Shown here: positions 8,965 through 17,599 of the stretch, piece after piece
Layout: every line of letters starts with the position of its first letter
How positions within the stretch are numbered: position 1 is the stretch's first letter
Source: an uncultured Chloroflexia bacterium
GTDB lineage: Bacteria; Chloroflexota; Limnocylindria; Limnocylindrales; CSP1-4
Assembly: GCA_963713975.1 (NCBI GenBank)
Contig: OY970218.1
Span: 2,848,001-2,912,000 of the forward strand
Length of the DNA: 64,000 nucleotides
Direction of reading: 5' to 3'
Notes under the pieces: generated by a model
What the model saw: only the letters and a program-made list of their open reading frames with translations
Told to the model about the DNA's origin: nothing
Databases searched by the model: none
Position numbers and translations under genes: made by a program

Positions 8965-10338
8965 ATGGCCAGTGTCAATTCCCGCCGGACCAAGTTCGTG
9001 CTCGACGAGGACCGGATCCCGCGGGCCTGGTACAACATCGCGGCCGACCTGCCCGTGGTGCCTCCGCCGCCCCTCCATCCGGGCACCGGCCAGCCGATCG
9101 GCCCTGCCGACCTCGCGCCCCTGTTCCCAATGGCGCTGATCCTCCAGGAGGTCAGCTCGGATCGCGAGATCGAGATCCCGGACCCGGTCCGCGACGCCTA
9201 CCGGCTCTACCGCCCGTCGCCGCTGCATCGCGCCCACCGCCTCGAGGCTGCGCTCGATACGCCGGCCCACATCTACTACAAGTACGAGGGCGTGAGCCCG
9301 GCCGGCAGCCACAAGCCGAACACGGCCCTGCCGCAGGCGTTCTTCAACAAGGAGGAGGGCGTCAAGCGGCTCGCGACGGAGACCGGGGCTGGGCAGTGGG
9401 GGAGTGCGCTCGCGTTCGCGGGTTCCGTCTTCGGTCTCGAGGTCAAGGTCTACATGGTCAGGGCGAGCTACGACCAGAAGCCGTACCGCCGGATCCTGAT
9501 GGAGACCTACGGAGCGTCGGTCGTGGCCAGCCCCAGCCCCACCACGAACTATGGCCGGCGGGTGCTGGCGGAGACGCCCGACTCGAACGGCTCGCTCGGG
9601 ATCGCGATCAGCGAGGCGGTCGAGGACGCGGCGACCCGCGACGACACGAAGTACTCGCTGGGTTCCGTCCTCAACCACGTGATGCTCCACCAGACGGTGA
9701 TCGGGCTCGAGGCCCAGGAGCAGATGGCGATGGCCGGCGAGGAGCCGGACGTGATCGTGGCCTGCGCCGGGGGAGGGTCCAACTTCGCCGGGCTGACTTT
9801 CCCGTTCGTCGGTCGGAACCTGCGGGGCGAGGCGACCTACCGGGTCATCGCCGCGGAGCCCGAGGCCGCACCGTCGCTCACCCGCGGCATCTACGCCTAC
9901 GACTACGGGGACACGGGCAAGATGGCCCCGATCGTCAAGATGCACACGCTCGGGTCCGAGTTCATGCCGGAGCCGATCCACGCGGGCGGCCTGCGCTACC
10001 ACGGCATGTCGCCGCTCGTCTCCCTGCTCAAGGAGCATGGCCTGATCGAGGCACGCAGCGTGCACCAGCGGGCCTGCTTCGAGGTCGGGGTCCAGTTCGC
10101 GCGCGCCGAGGGGATCCTGCCGGCGCCGGAGAGCACGCACGCGATCAAGGTTGTCGTGGACGAGGCGATGGAGGCCAAGGAGGCCGGCGAGCCGAGGGTG
10201 ATCCTGTTCAACCTGTCCGGGCACGGCCACTTCGACCTGGCGAGCTACGAGCGGTACCTGCAGGGCTCCCTGGAGGACTACGAGTACCCCGCCGACAAGG
10301 TCGCCCAGGCGCTGTCCGCCCTGCCCCGGGTCGGCTGA
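8965..10338 (+). CDS. trpB2: TrpB2-type tryptophan synthase beta-like PLP enzyme
   Basis: GSHKPN PLP lysine, TETGAGQWG, GGGSN, IHAGGLRYHG, NLSGHG; no adjacent trpA. Confidence 0.92.
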   Translation: MASVNSRRTKFVLDEDRIPRAWYNIAADLPVVPPPPLHPGTGQPIGPADLAPLFPMALILQEVSSDREIEIPDPVRDAYRLYRPSPLHRAHRLEAALDTPAHIYYKYEGVSPAGSHKPNTALPQAFFNKEEGVKRLATETGAGQWGSALAFAGSVFGLEVKVYMVRASYDQKPYRRILMETYGASVVASPSPTTNYGRRVLAETPDSNGSLGIAISEAVEDAATRDDTKYSLGSVLNHVMLHQTVIGLEAQEQMAMAGEEPDVIVACAGGGSNFAGLTFPFVGRNLRGEATYRVIAAEPEAAPSLTRGIYAYDYGDTGKMAPIVKMHTLGSEFMPEPIHAGGLRYHGMSPLVSLLKEHGLIEARSVHQRACFEVGVQFARAEGILPAPESTHAIKVVVDEAMEAKEAGEPRVILFNLSGHGHFDLASYERYLQGSLEDYEYPADKVAQALSALPRVG

Positions 10339-10360
10339 CCGGGCGCGGGGACATCTACCG

Positions 10361-10627
10361 GTGCCCAAGCTCGCGTGTCGCGCATGCGGCCGGGAGGTCT
10401 ACACGGCGGCGTCGCTGGATTCGCTGTTCGCCGAGGAGCGTCGGTGCCCACGTTGTGGCGCGCTCCTGGACCCGGAACGTCGACTCACGGACCGCCGCCA
10501 GCACGTGCGACGAGTCAACCCGCCGGACGCGCCGGGCCCGCCCGATGAGACCGGTGAACGCCGCATTGGCGAGCGGCGCCGGGGCCGACGACGATCCGGT
10601 GAGACGGGTACGTGGCCGGGCCGCTGA
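10361..10627 (+). CDS. Small zinc-ribbon protein with Arg-rich ERRxx(D/E)RR repeats
   Basis: CRAC...CPRC, then ERRLTDRR and ERRIGERRRGRRR; fills the gap between trpB2 and tyrA. Confidence 0.7.
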   Translation: MPKLACRACGREVYTAASLDSLFAEERRCPRCGALLDPERRLTDRRQHVRRVNPPDAPGPPDETGERRIGERRRGRRRSGETGTWPGR

Positions 10628-10668
10628 GCAGAACGCACAGGCGCGGCAGCGTCCCCGATAATCGGGGC

Positions 10669-11541
10669 ATGCAGATCACCTTCCTGGGTCTCGGGCTGAT
10701 CGGGGGTTCGATCGCACGCGCCGTGCGCCTCTCGCCCGCGTACGAGGGTGCGAAGGTGGTCGCTTGGACGTCGTCCGGGGACGGCCCCAGGGGTGCACTG
10801 GCGGCCGGCATCATCGACGAAGCGGCGGACGATCCAGCCATGGCGCTCGCCGGCGCCGACCTGGTCGTCCTGGCGGCTCCCCCAGTTGCCTGCGTGTCGC
10901 TCGTGCGTCGCCTGGGCGACGACCTCCGGGCCGCGCTGGCGGATGGGGCGACGGTGACCGACGTGGCGTCCACGAAGGCCGCGCTGACGGCGGCGGCCCG
11001 CGAGGCACGGATCCCGTGGGTGGGCGGCCATCCCATGGCGGGCCGCGAATCGAGCGGGTTCGAGGCCGCCGACCCGGAGCTGTTCGCCGGCCGGCCCTGG
11101 GTGCTCACGGAGGCCGTCGGGGGCGGCGATCCGGAGGCCGTCCGGACGCTCGCGCTCGCCTGCGGCGCGCGCCCGGTCGCGCTCGACGCGGATCGCCACG
11201 ACCGCCTGGTGGCGTCCATCAGCCACCTCCCGTTGCTGGCATCCGTCGCGCTGGTCGAGGCCGTCGCTGGGACCGGTGGGCCCTCGGGCCCGGACTGGGC
11301 CGCCGCGATCACGCTGGCCGCGGGAGGCTGGCGCGACACGACACGACTGGCCAGGGGCGACGCCACCATGGGCGCGGAGATCGCGGCCACCAACGCACCC
11401 GCCATCGCCGAGGCCCTGCGCCGCTACCGCGACCGGATCGACGAGTGGCTCACGCTGCTCGAGGCGACGCCCGCGCCGGACACGGAGGTGCTCCGGCACC
11501 GCCTGGCGGCCGCGCGGGAGCGCCTGGACGAACCGGCCTGA
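10669..11541 (+). CDS. tyrA: Prephenate/arogenate dehydrogenase
   Basis: GLGLIGGS Rossmann motif, TDVASTK, GGHPMAG, HDRLVASISHLP, GWRDTTRLA. Confidence 0.9.
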   Translation: MQITFLGLGLIGGSIARAVRLSPAYEGAKVVAWTSSGDGPRGALAAGIIDEAADDPAMALAGADLVVLAAPPVACVSLVRRLGDDLRAALADGATVTDVASTKAALTAAAREARIPWVGGHPMAGRESSGFEAADPELFAGRPWVLTEAVGGGDPEAVRTLALACGARPVALDADRHDRLVASISHLPLLASVALVEAVAGTGGPSGPDWAAAITLAAGGWRDTTRLARGDATMGAEIAATNAPAIAEALRRYRDRIDEWLTLLEATPAPDTEVLRHRLAAARERLDEPA

Positions 11542-12122
11542 TGGGCAACCCTGACGAGCTGGTGCTGGTGGTGCCGCGCGCCGTCCTGATGGACCGCGAG
11601 GGCTGGCTCGGGGTCCGCCGCGGCGGGGTCGATGCGGCCCTCGACGTCGTGGCGCGCGAAGGGTTCTTCATGCGCCGCGGCGATGCCGAGGATGATCCGT
11701 CCCACAAGCAGGTGATCCCGTACCTCGTGCTGCGCGACGGCGAGCGGTGGTTCCTCATGCGGCGCACCCGGGCCGGCGGCGACGCGCGCCTCCACGACAT
11801 GTGGTCGATCGGGGTTGGCGGCCACCTGAACCCGGGGGACGGTGACATCCCTGGCGGGCTCCGGCGCGAGTGGGCCGAGGAGCTGGATGCGTCGTTCGTC
11901 CCGGAGTTTGCGCCGGTCGGCCTCCTCAACGACGATTCCACGGCCGTCGGCGCCGTCCATGTCGGTTTCGTATACGTGGCGGACGCCGCCGGCCGGGCCG
12001 TCCGGATCCGGGAGGCGGACAAGCTGGAGGGCAGCTTCGTGACCGGAGCTGAGGTGGCTGCCGTTCGCGATGACCTGGAGACGTGGAGCCGGCTCGCGTT
12101 CGACGTGCTGGCCGAGTCGTGA
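11541..12122 (+). CDS. NUDIX-family phosphoesterase
   Basis: EDDPSHKQVIPY, SIGVGGHLN, NUDIX-like GLRREWAEEL, VGAVHVG; TGATG overlap with tyrA. Confidence 0.82.
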   Translation: MGNPDELVLVVPRAVLMDREGWLGVRRGGVDAALDVVAREGFFMRRGDAEDDPSHKQVIPYLVLRDGERWFLMRRTRAGGDARLHDMWSIGVGGHLNPGDGDIPGGLRREWAEELDASFVPEFAPVGLLNDDSTAVGAVHVGFVYVADAAGRAVRIREADKLEGSFVTGAEVAAVRDDLETWSRLAFDVLAES

Positions 12123-12178
12123 CCCGGTAGGGCGCAGCGGCACGCGACGCCCGACCCGCCCGGTGAGATACTCGGACC

Positions 12179-13573
12179 GTGCCCATGGCTGATCGAACGC
12201 GCGCCGTCCGTCACCGGGTCGCCCACGCCGTCCTGCTGCTGGGCGTCCTGCTGCTGGGCGTGACCGGCGTGGCGCAGGCCACCGGGGCGGAGGCGGTCGT
12301 CCTCACCGCGAACGGGGTCGTGGACGACGCGCTCGCGGGCTATCTCGAGGAGGGCGTTGCCACTGCCGCCGCGGATGGTGCCGCCGCGGTGGTCGTGGAG
12401 CTGGACACGCCCGGCGGCAGTCTTGACGCCACCAGCCGGATCCGCAAGGCATTCCTGGCATCGACGGTGCCGGTGATCGTGTGGATCGCGCCGTCCGGCG
12501 CCCGCGCCGCCAGCGCCGGCACGTTCATCACGCTGGCCGGGAACCTCGCCTACATGGCGCCCGGCACCAACATCGGCGCCGCGACGCCCGTCAGCAGCAC
12601 CGGCGAGGACATCCCCGGCACCATGGGCGAGAAGGTCCTCAACGACTCGATCGCGGCCATCTCCGCCACGGCCGAGGCGCGCGGACGGCCCGTTGACTGG
12701 GCGGTGTCCACCGTTGCGGAGGCCCGCTCGTACACGGCGAGCGAGGCCGTTGCCGCGGGCGCCGTGGACGGCATCGCGGAGACGTTGGACCAGGTGCTGG
12801 CGGCCGCCGATGGTGAGACGGTGACCGTGGCCGGTGGCACCCCCGTCACCCTGGATCTCGCGGGGGCCACGGTGGTCGAGACCCCGATGGGTCCCGTCCT
12901 GGGCTTCCTGCACCTCCTGTCCGATCCGAACATCGCGTTCCTCCTGTTCGTCGTGGGCGTGCTGGGCCTCGCGACCGAGCTGATCAACCCGAACCTCGTC
13001 ACCGGGTTGCTGGGTGCCCTCGCACTGCTCCTGGCGTTCGTGGGGTTCGGGAGCCTGCCGCTCAACGTGGCCGGGGTGCTGCTCGTCGCATTCGGCTTCA
13101 TCCTGTTCGTCCTCGAGACCCAGATCGTGAGCCACGGCCTGTTGATGCTGGGCGGGATCGTGTGCCTCGCGCTGGGTGCGGCGGCCCTGTACACGGCGCC
13201 GATGACCCCGACCGGCCCGCTCGTCGCGGTGGCGCCGCCCGTCATCGCGGCCGTCACGGTGACGATCGGCGGGCTCATGGCGCTGATCGCGGTCGCGGCC
13301 GTCCGCACGCGGCGGATGGGGACGACGACCGGTACCGTGGGCTCCGTGGTCCCAACCGGGACCGAGGGCGTCGTCCGGGCTCCGCTGGCGCCGGGCGGCA
13401 CCGTGTACCTCGCCGGCGAGACCTGGAGCGCCCGCACCCCGGACGAGCGGAGCCTGCCCCGCGACACACCCGTCCGATTGATCGCCTTCGACGGCCTCAC
13501 CGCCCTCGTGGAACCCGTCGACGCCCAGCCCGATCCATCCCGGCCGACCCCGTTGATCGCCGACCGTCCCTAG
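12179..13573 (+). CDS. nfeD: NfeD membrane-bound serine protease (long form)
   Basis: Signal peptide, LDTPGG, RAASAG, MAPGTNIGAATPV, TM block, C-terminal OB domain (GETWSA). Confidence 0.9.
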   Translation: MPMADRTRAVRHRVAHAVLLLGVLLLGVTGVAQATGAEAVVLTANGVVDDALAGYLEEGVATAAADGAAAVVVELDTPGGSLDATSRIRKAFLASTVPVIVWIAPSGARAASAGTFITLAGNLAYMAPGTNIGAATPVSSTGEDIPGTMGEKVLNDSIAAISATAEARGRPVDWAVSTVAEARSYTASEAVAAGAVDGIAETLDQVLAAADGETVTVAGGTPVTLDLAGATVVETPMGPVLGFLHLLSDPNIAFLLFVVGVLGLATELINPNLVTGLLGALALLLAFVGFGSLPLNVAGVLLVAFGFILFVLETQIVSHGLLMLGGIVCLALGAAALYTAPMTPTGPLVAVAPPVIAAVTVTIGGLMALIAVAAVRTRRMGTTTGTVGSVVPTGTEGVVRAPLAPGGTVYLAGETWSARTPDERSLPRDTPVRLIAFDGLTALVEPVDAQPDPSRPTPLIADRP

Positions 13574-13587
13574 CCCCGGAGGACCCC

Positions 13588-14496
13588 ATGGAGCTCGTCA
13601 TCGCCCTCGTCACGCTCGCGGTCATCGCCGGGATCCTGCTGATGATCCTGTACCTGTCGGTGCGGGTCGTGCAGCAGTACGAGCGGATGGTCGTCTTCCG
13701 CCTGGGCAAGACCAACGAGAAGATGGTGCGCGAGCCGGGCCTCAGGTTCCTGGTCCCCGTCGTGGACCGGCCAGTGAAGGTGGACATGCGCGAGCAGTTC
13801 ATCGAGGTCCCGAGCCAGACGACCATCACCAAGGACAACGCCCCGATCAACGTCGACTTCCTGATCTACTGGCGCATTGCGGACGCGCTCAAGAGCGTGG
13901 TCAACGTGGCCAACTTCCCGGGCGCCCTCCAGGGCGTGGCGACCACGACGCTGCGTGCCGTCATCGGCGACATCCTGCTCGACGACGTCCTGTCCAAGCG
14001 CGAGCAGATCAACGAGGTCCTGCGGACGAAGCTGGACGAGGTCACCGAGCGCTGGGGCGGCAAGATCACGACCGTCGAGATCCGCGAGATCACGCCGCCC
14101 CGCGACGTACAGGACGCGATGAACCGGCAGCTGTCCGCGGAGCGGACGCGGCGCGCCGTGATCACCGAGTCCGAGGGTGCCCGGCAGTCCGCGATCAACG
14201 TCGCCGAGGGCCAGAAGCAGTCGGAGATCCTGAAGGCCGAGGGCGAGCGCCAGGCGGCCATCCTCCGGGCCGAGGGGTTCAGCCAGGCGCTCGAGCGGAT
14301 CTACGCCGCCGCCCACCAAATCGACGAGAAGACGATGGCCCTGCAGTACCTCGACGCGCTCAAGCAGTTGGGGACAAGCCCGTCGACCAAGTTCGTCATC
14401 CCGACCGAGTTCACCCGCCTGGCCGACCAGATCGGCGGATACGTTGACCGCGGCATGACGGCACGACCTGACCAGGAGAACGGGGACGCCCGCTGA
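13588..14496 (+). CDS. SPFH/stomatin-like (QmcA) membrane protein
   Basis: GGAGG RBS, N-terminal TM, VQQYERMVVFRLG, TKDNAPINVD, AERTRRAVITESEG. Confidence 0.9.
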   Translation: MELVIALVTLAVIAGILLMILYLSVRVVQQYERMVVFRLGKTNEKMVREPGLRFLVPVVDRPVKVDMREQFIEVPSQTTITKDNAPINVDFLIYWRIADALKSVVNVANFPGALQGVATTTLRAVIGDILLDDVLSKREQINEVLRTKLDEVTERWGGKITTVEIREITPPRDVQDAMNRQLSAERTRRAVITESEGARQSAINVAEGQKQSEILKAEGERQAAILRAEGFSQALERIYAAAHQIDEKTMALQYLDALKQLGTSPSTKFVIPTEFTRLADQIGGYVDRGMTARPDQENGDAR

Positions 14497-15473
14497 TGCG
14501 GCGAGTCCTGCTGGTGGCGACGGCTCCGGTCGTCGCCCTGGCGGCGGTGGGGCCCGTGGTGGACGGTCTCGCCCGACGACTCGCCGACGCCCCTCGCCGG
14601 CTGCCGGAGGAGTCCGGCATGGCGCCGGCGCTCGACCGGATGGGCGGTGAGGTGGTCCGGCTCCGGTCGCGTGACGGCCTGCGCCTCTCGGGCCGCTGGC
14701 TGGCAGCGGAGCCCGGCGGTGACGACTGGGCCCCGGACCCGCGCGAGGCCATCGTCCTGCTGCACGGTTACAGCGGGTCGGTCACGCCGGACCTCGTCGA
14801 GTTGGGACCGTTCCTCCGCCGGACCGCCGCCGTGCTGGGACTCGACTTCCGGGGGCACGGCGGGTCCGACGACGCGCCGACCACCTTCGGCCTCAACGAG
14901 ATCGAGGATGTGGCCGGCGCGCTGGCGTGGCTGGGGGAACGGGGAATCCGGCGCGTGGCGCTCGTCGGCTCGTCGATGGGCGGAATCACGGCGATCGCCG
15001 CCGTCGCGGTGCTGGGCGACGGTCGGCTTCCGTCGGCCGACATGGACCCCGATTCCCCGGCGTCCGCCGTCGATGCGCCGCGTCCGCGGATCGTGGCGGT
15101 CGTGGCGGACTCGGTGACACCCGAGCTGGACCTGGTCGTCGCGAACCGGCTGCGGGTTCCGTTCGGGCGTCGGATCGCCGGGCAGGCCTTCGCCCGGATG
15201 GCTCGCAACGTGGGCGGCGATCCGCGTGCGACCCAGCCGATCGCCGTGATCGGCCTGCTCGAGGACGTGCCGCTGCTGCTGATCCACGGCGGCCGCGACC
15301 GGACCGTGCGCATGGCGGACGGTCGCCGACTGGCGGCCGCTGCCCCGCCCGGGACCCGCCACCTGGTGATCGAGGCGGCCGACCACGGTCAGGGCCACGC
15401 GGTGGATCCGGCGGCCTACGAGGGGGCGGTGGCCGGCATCCTCCGCGAGGGCTTCCGAGCCGGTCGGGCCTAG
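14496..15473 (+). CDS. Alpha/beta hydrolase
   Basis: LLHGY, DFRGHGGS, nucleophile GSSMG, IHGGRD, ADHG; TGATG-coupled to the SPFH gene. Confidence 0.85.
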   Translation: MRRVLLVATAPVVALAAVGPVVDGLARRLADAPRRLPEESGMAPALDRMGGEVVRLRSRDGLRLSGRWLAAEPGGDDWAPDPREAIVLLHGYSGSVTPDLVELGPFLRRTAAVLGLDFRGHGGSDDAPTTFGLNEIEDVAGALAWLGERGIRRVALVGSSMGGITAIAAVAVLGDGRLPSADMDPDSPASAVDAPRPRIVAVVADSVTPELDLVVANRLRVPFGRRIAGQAFARMARNVGGDPRATQPIAVIGLLEDVPLLLIHGGRDRTVRMADGRRLAAAAPPGTRHLVIEAADHGQGHAVDPAAYEGAVAGILREGFRAGRA

Positions 15474-15494
15474 CGTGGGCGCTTCATTGGTTCG

Positions 15495-15700
15495 TTCGAC
15501 GACGCGGCGATCATCGCCGCGACCCTGGACCCGCCGCCTGGGCGCCTGGGCTTCACCCGCTGGTCGACGCGGCTGCTGGCCCGGCACCTTCATGTCGGGG
15601 ACGCCACGGTGGCCCGGGCGTGGCGCCGGTACCACGTCCAGCCGTGGCGGCGGGAGACGTTCTGAGTTCACGACCGAACCGGTCCTCGAGGCGGTGTTGT
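15495..15700 (+). pseudogene. IS630-family transposase internal fragment (HTH region), frameshifted
   Basis: Frame 3 reads IIAATLDPPPGRLGFTRWSTRLLARHLHVGDATVARAWRRYHVQPWRRETF*, continuing in +1 frame as EFTTEPVLEAV. Resembles the IS630 segment WS.RLLA..VARAW...QPWR..FKFSTDP.LEAKV. Confidence 0.75.
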
Positions 15701-15905
15701 CGCGGTAGTGCTTCGCCGGATCCCGACCCGATTCGCCCACGAGGGACCGCGCCGCCGGCTGGTCCCCATACCGTGGAGGCGGCCGGCATACACGATCCAG
15801 CGCAATGTCGCGACAGGATACGCTCCAATTCAGACGCATCCAGGGCCCCGTTCCCGCGAACTGCCCCACAATCCATGGCTGCCGTCGAGCCGGTATCGTT
15901 GGCGG

Positions 15906-17288
15906 ATGCCCACCACTCCGAACATCGTCATCCCTCCAGACAGCCCGGCGGCCTACTCGATCCAGCAGGGTCGCGCCCGCCGCGCGGCCGTGCCGCGACG
16001 CAGCCATGCGGCCTGGATGCCAACTGCCGATCGAGCGGACCCCGTATCGATGATGATCGCCACGAACGACGGGCGACTCCCGGAGCTCGTGCCGATCCGG
16101 ATCGGCCGCATGGTTGGGTCACCCTTCGCATTCCTGCGTGGGTCGGCCGGGGCGATGGCGGCCGATCTGGCGACGACCCCGCACATGGGTTCACACGTCC
16201 AGCTCTGCGGTGATGCCCATCTTGCCAACTTCGGGGTGTTCGCCAGCCCGGAGCGACGCCTGATGTTCGACCTGAACGACTTCGACGAGACCTACCGGGG
16301 GCCGTGGGAATGGGACGTCAAGCGTCTTGCGGCAAGCTTCGTCGTCGCCTCGCGACAGAACGGATACAGCGAGGCGACGGCGCGCGACATGGCCCGCGTC
16401 GTCGCCTGGGAGTATCGCCACTGGATCCGGCGCTACGCCGGGATGCGTGCACTCCAGGTCTGGTACGCGTCCATTCCGATCGAGGTGATCATCGAGCGCG
16501 TGGAGCGCGCGCGCACGCGGGGTGGCCTGCACCTCTCCGCATCGGAAGCGCGCAGCCGGGATCACATGCGTGCGCTGGGCAAATTGTCCGTCAAGGTGCC
16601 CGGCGGCGGCTGGCTCATCCGGGATCGGCCCCCGCTACTGGTCCGCCTTTCCGACGACGATCCAGGTCGGGACGAGGTTCCAGCCCTGTATCGCGCGTAT
16701 GTCCGTTCGCTGGCGCCGGATCGCCGCGTCCTGGTCGAGAAGCATCGGTTACTGGACGTGGCCTTGAAGGTGGTCGGGGTCGGGAGCGTCGGTACCCGCT
16801 GCTACGTTGCCATGTTCGCGGGGCCAGCCGGAGGTCCGCTGATCCTGCAGGTCAAGGAGGCCGGTCGGTCCGTGCTCTCGCCATACGTTCGGGGTCGCCA
16901 CTACACCCATCAGGGCGAACGGGTGGTCAGGGGCCAGCGGATCATGCAGGCGGTCTCCGACAGCTTCCTCGGCTGGACCAGGTCGACGGCCACGGGAACC
17001 GAGTACTACCTCCGACAGCTCCACGATATGAAGTACAGCATCGATATCGAAGGGCTTCGACCGCCCGGCATGCATCTCTACGCTGAGGTCTGTGCATGGG
17101 CCCTCGCCCGAGCGCATGCTCGATCCGGCAATCCGGCGGAGATCGCCGGATACCTCGGGCCAGGTGACCAGTTCGATCAGGCGATCGCCGCATTCTCCGT
17201 CAGTTATGCGGACCAGACCGAGCGCGACCACGCGGCCGTCGTCGCTGCTGTCAAGGCGGGTCGGCTGCCAGCGGAGACCGGCATCTAG
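15906..17288 (+). CDS. DUF2252 domain protein (kinase-like fold)
   Basis: LVPIRIGRM..SPFAFLRG, CGDAHLANFG, FDLNDFDE, GPWEWDVKRLAAS, KVVGVGSVG, LQVKEA, LARAHARSG. Confidence 0.9.
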   Translation: MPTTPNIVIPPDSPAAYSIQQGRARRAAVPRRSHAAWMPTADRADPVSMMIATNDGRLPELVPIRIGRMVGSPFAFLRGSAGAMAADLATTPHMGSHVQLCGDAHLANFGVFASPERRLMFDLNDFDETYRGPWEWDVKRLAASFVVASRQNGYSEATARDMARVVAWEYRHWIRRYAGMRALQVWYASIPIEVIIERVERARTRGGLHLSASEARSRDHMRALGKLSVKVPGGGWLIRDRPPLLVRLSDDDPGRDEVPALYRAYVRSLAPDRRVLVEKHRLLDVALKVVGVGSVGTRCYVAMFAGPAGGPLILQVKEAGRSVLSPYVRGRHYTHQGERVVRGQRIMQAVSDSFLGWTRSTATGTEYYLRQLHDMKYSIDIEGLRPPGMHLYAEVCAWALARAHARSGNPAEIAGYLGPGDQFDQAIAAFSVSYADQTERDHAAVVAAVKAGRLPAETGI

Positions 17289-17489
17289 TATGAGCGCGTC
17301 AGTAGTGCATTGATATAGGTGCGACGATGGGCGCCTGCTGTCAGCCGCACTCATTCTCGGCGATAAGGACCGCTCAACCCTGACCACCGGGACCGGGATG
17401 AGCACCGTCGACACCACTTCGTCTGGACCAGGATGGCCGACGAGATCCTGTCCCACACGCGCGAACGAGATTCAGGCGCGCGACACTAG
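17285..17489 (+). mobile_element. Internally deleted IS630-family element (MITE-like)
   Basis: CTAG at both ends, imperfect terminal inverted repeats, degenerate transposase N-terminus (AALILGDKDRSTLTT..MSTV) joined to C-terminus (HFVWTRMADEILSHTRERDSGARH*). Confidence 0.7.
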
Positions 17490-17599
17490 GCGGCCCATGG
17501 GGTTGGGCGCTCGCCCAGTCGACCCTATACTGGGCGCCACCTACCATGGGGACCGGGCCCTTGCCCGGGATGGACGGGAGTTCCGTGACAGGAGGCCGG

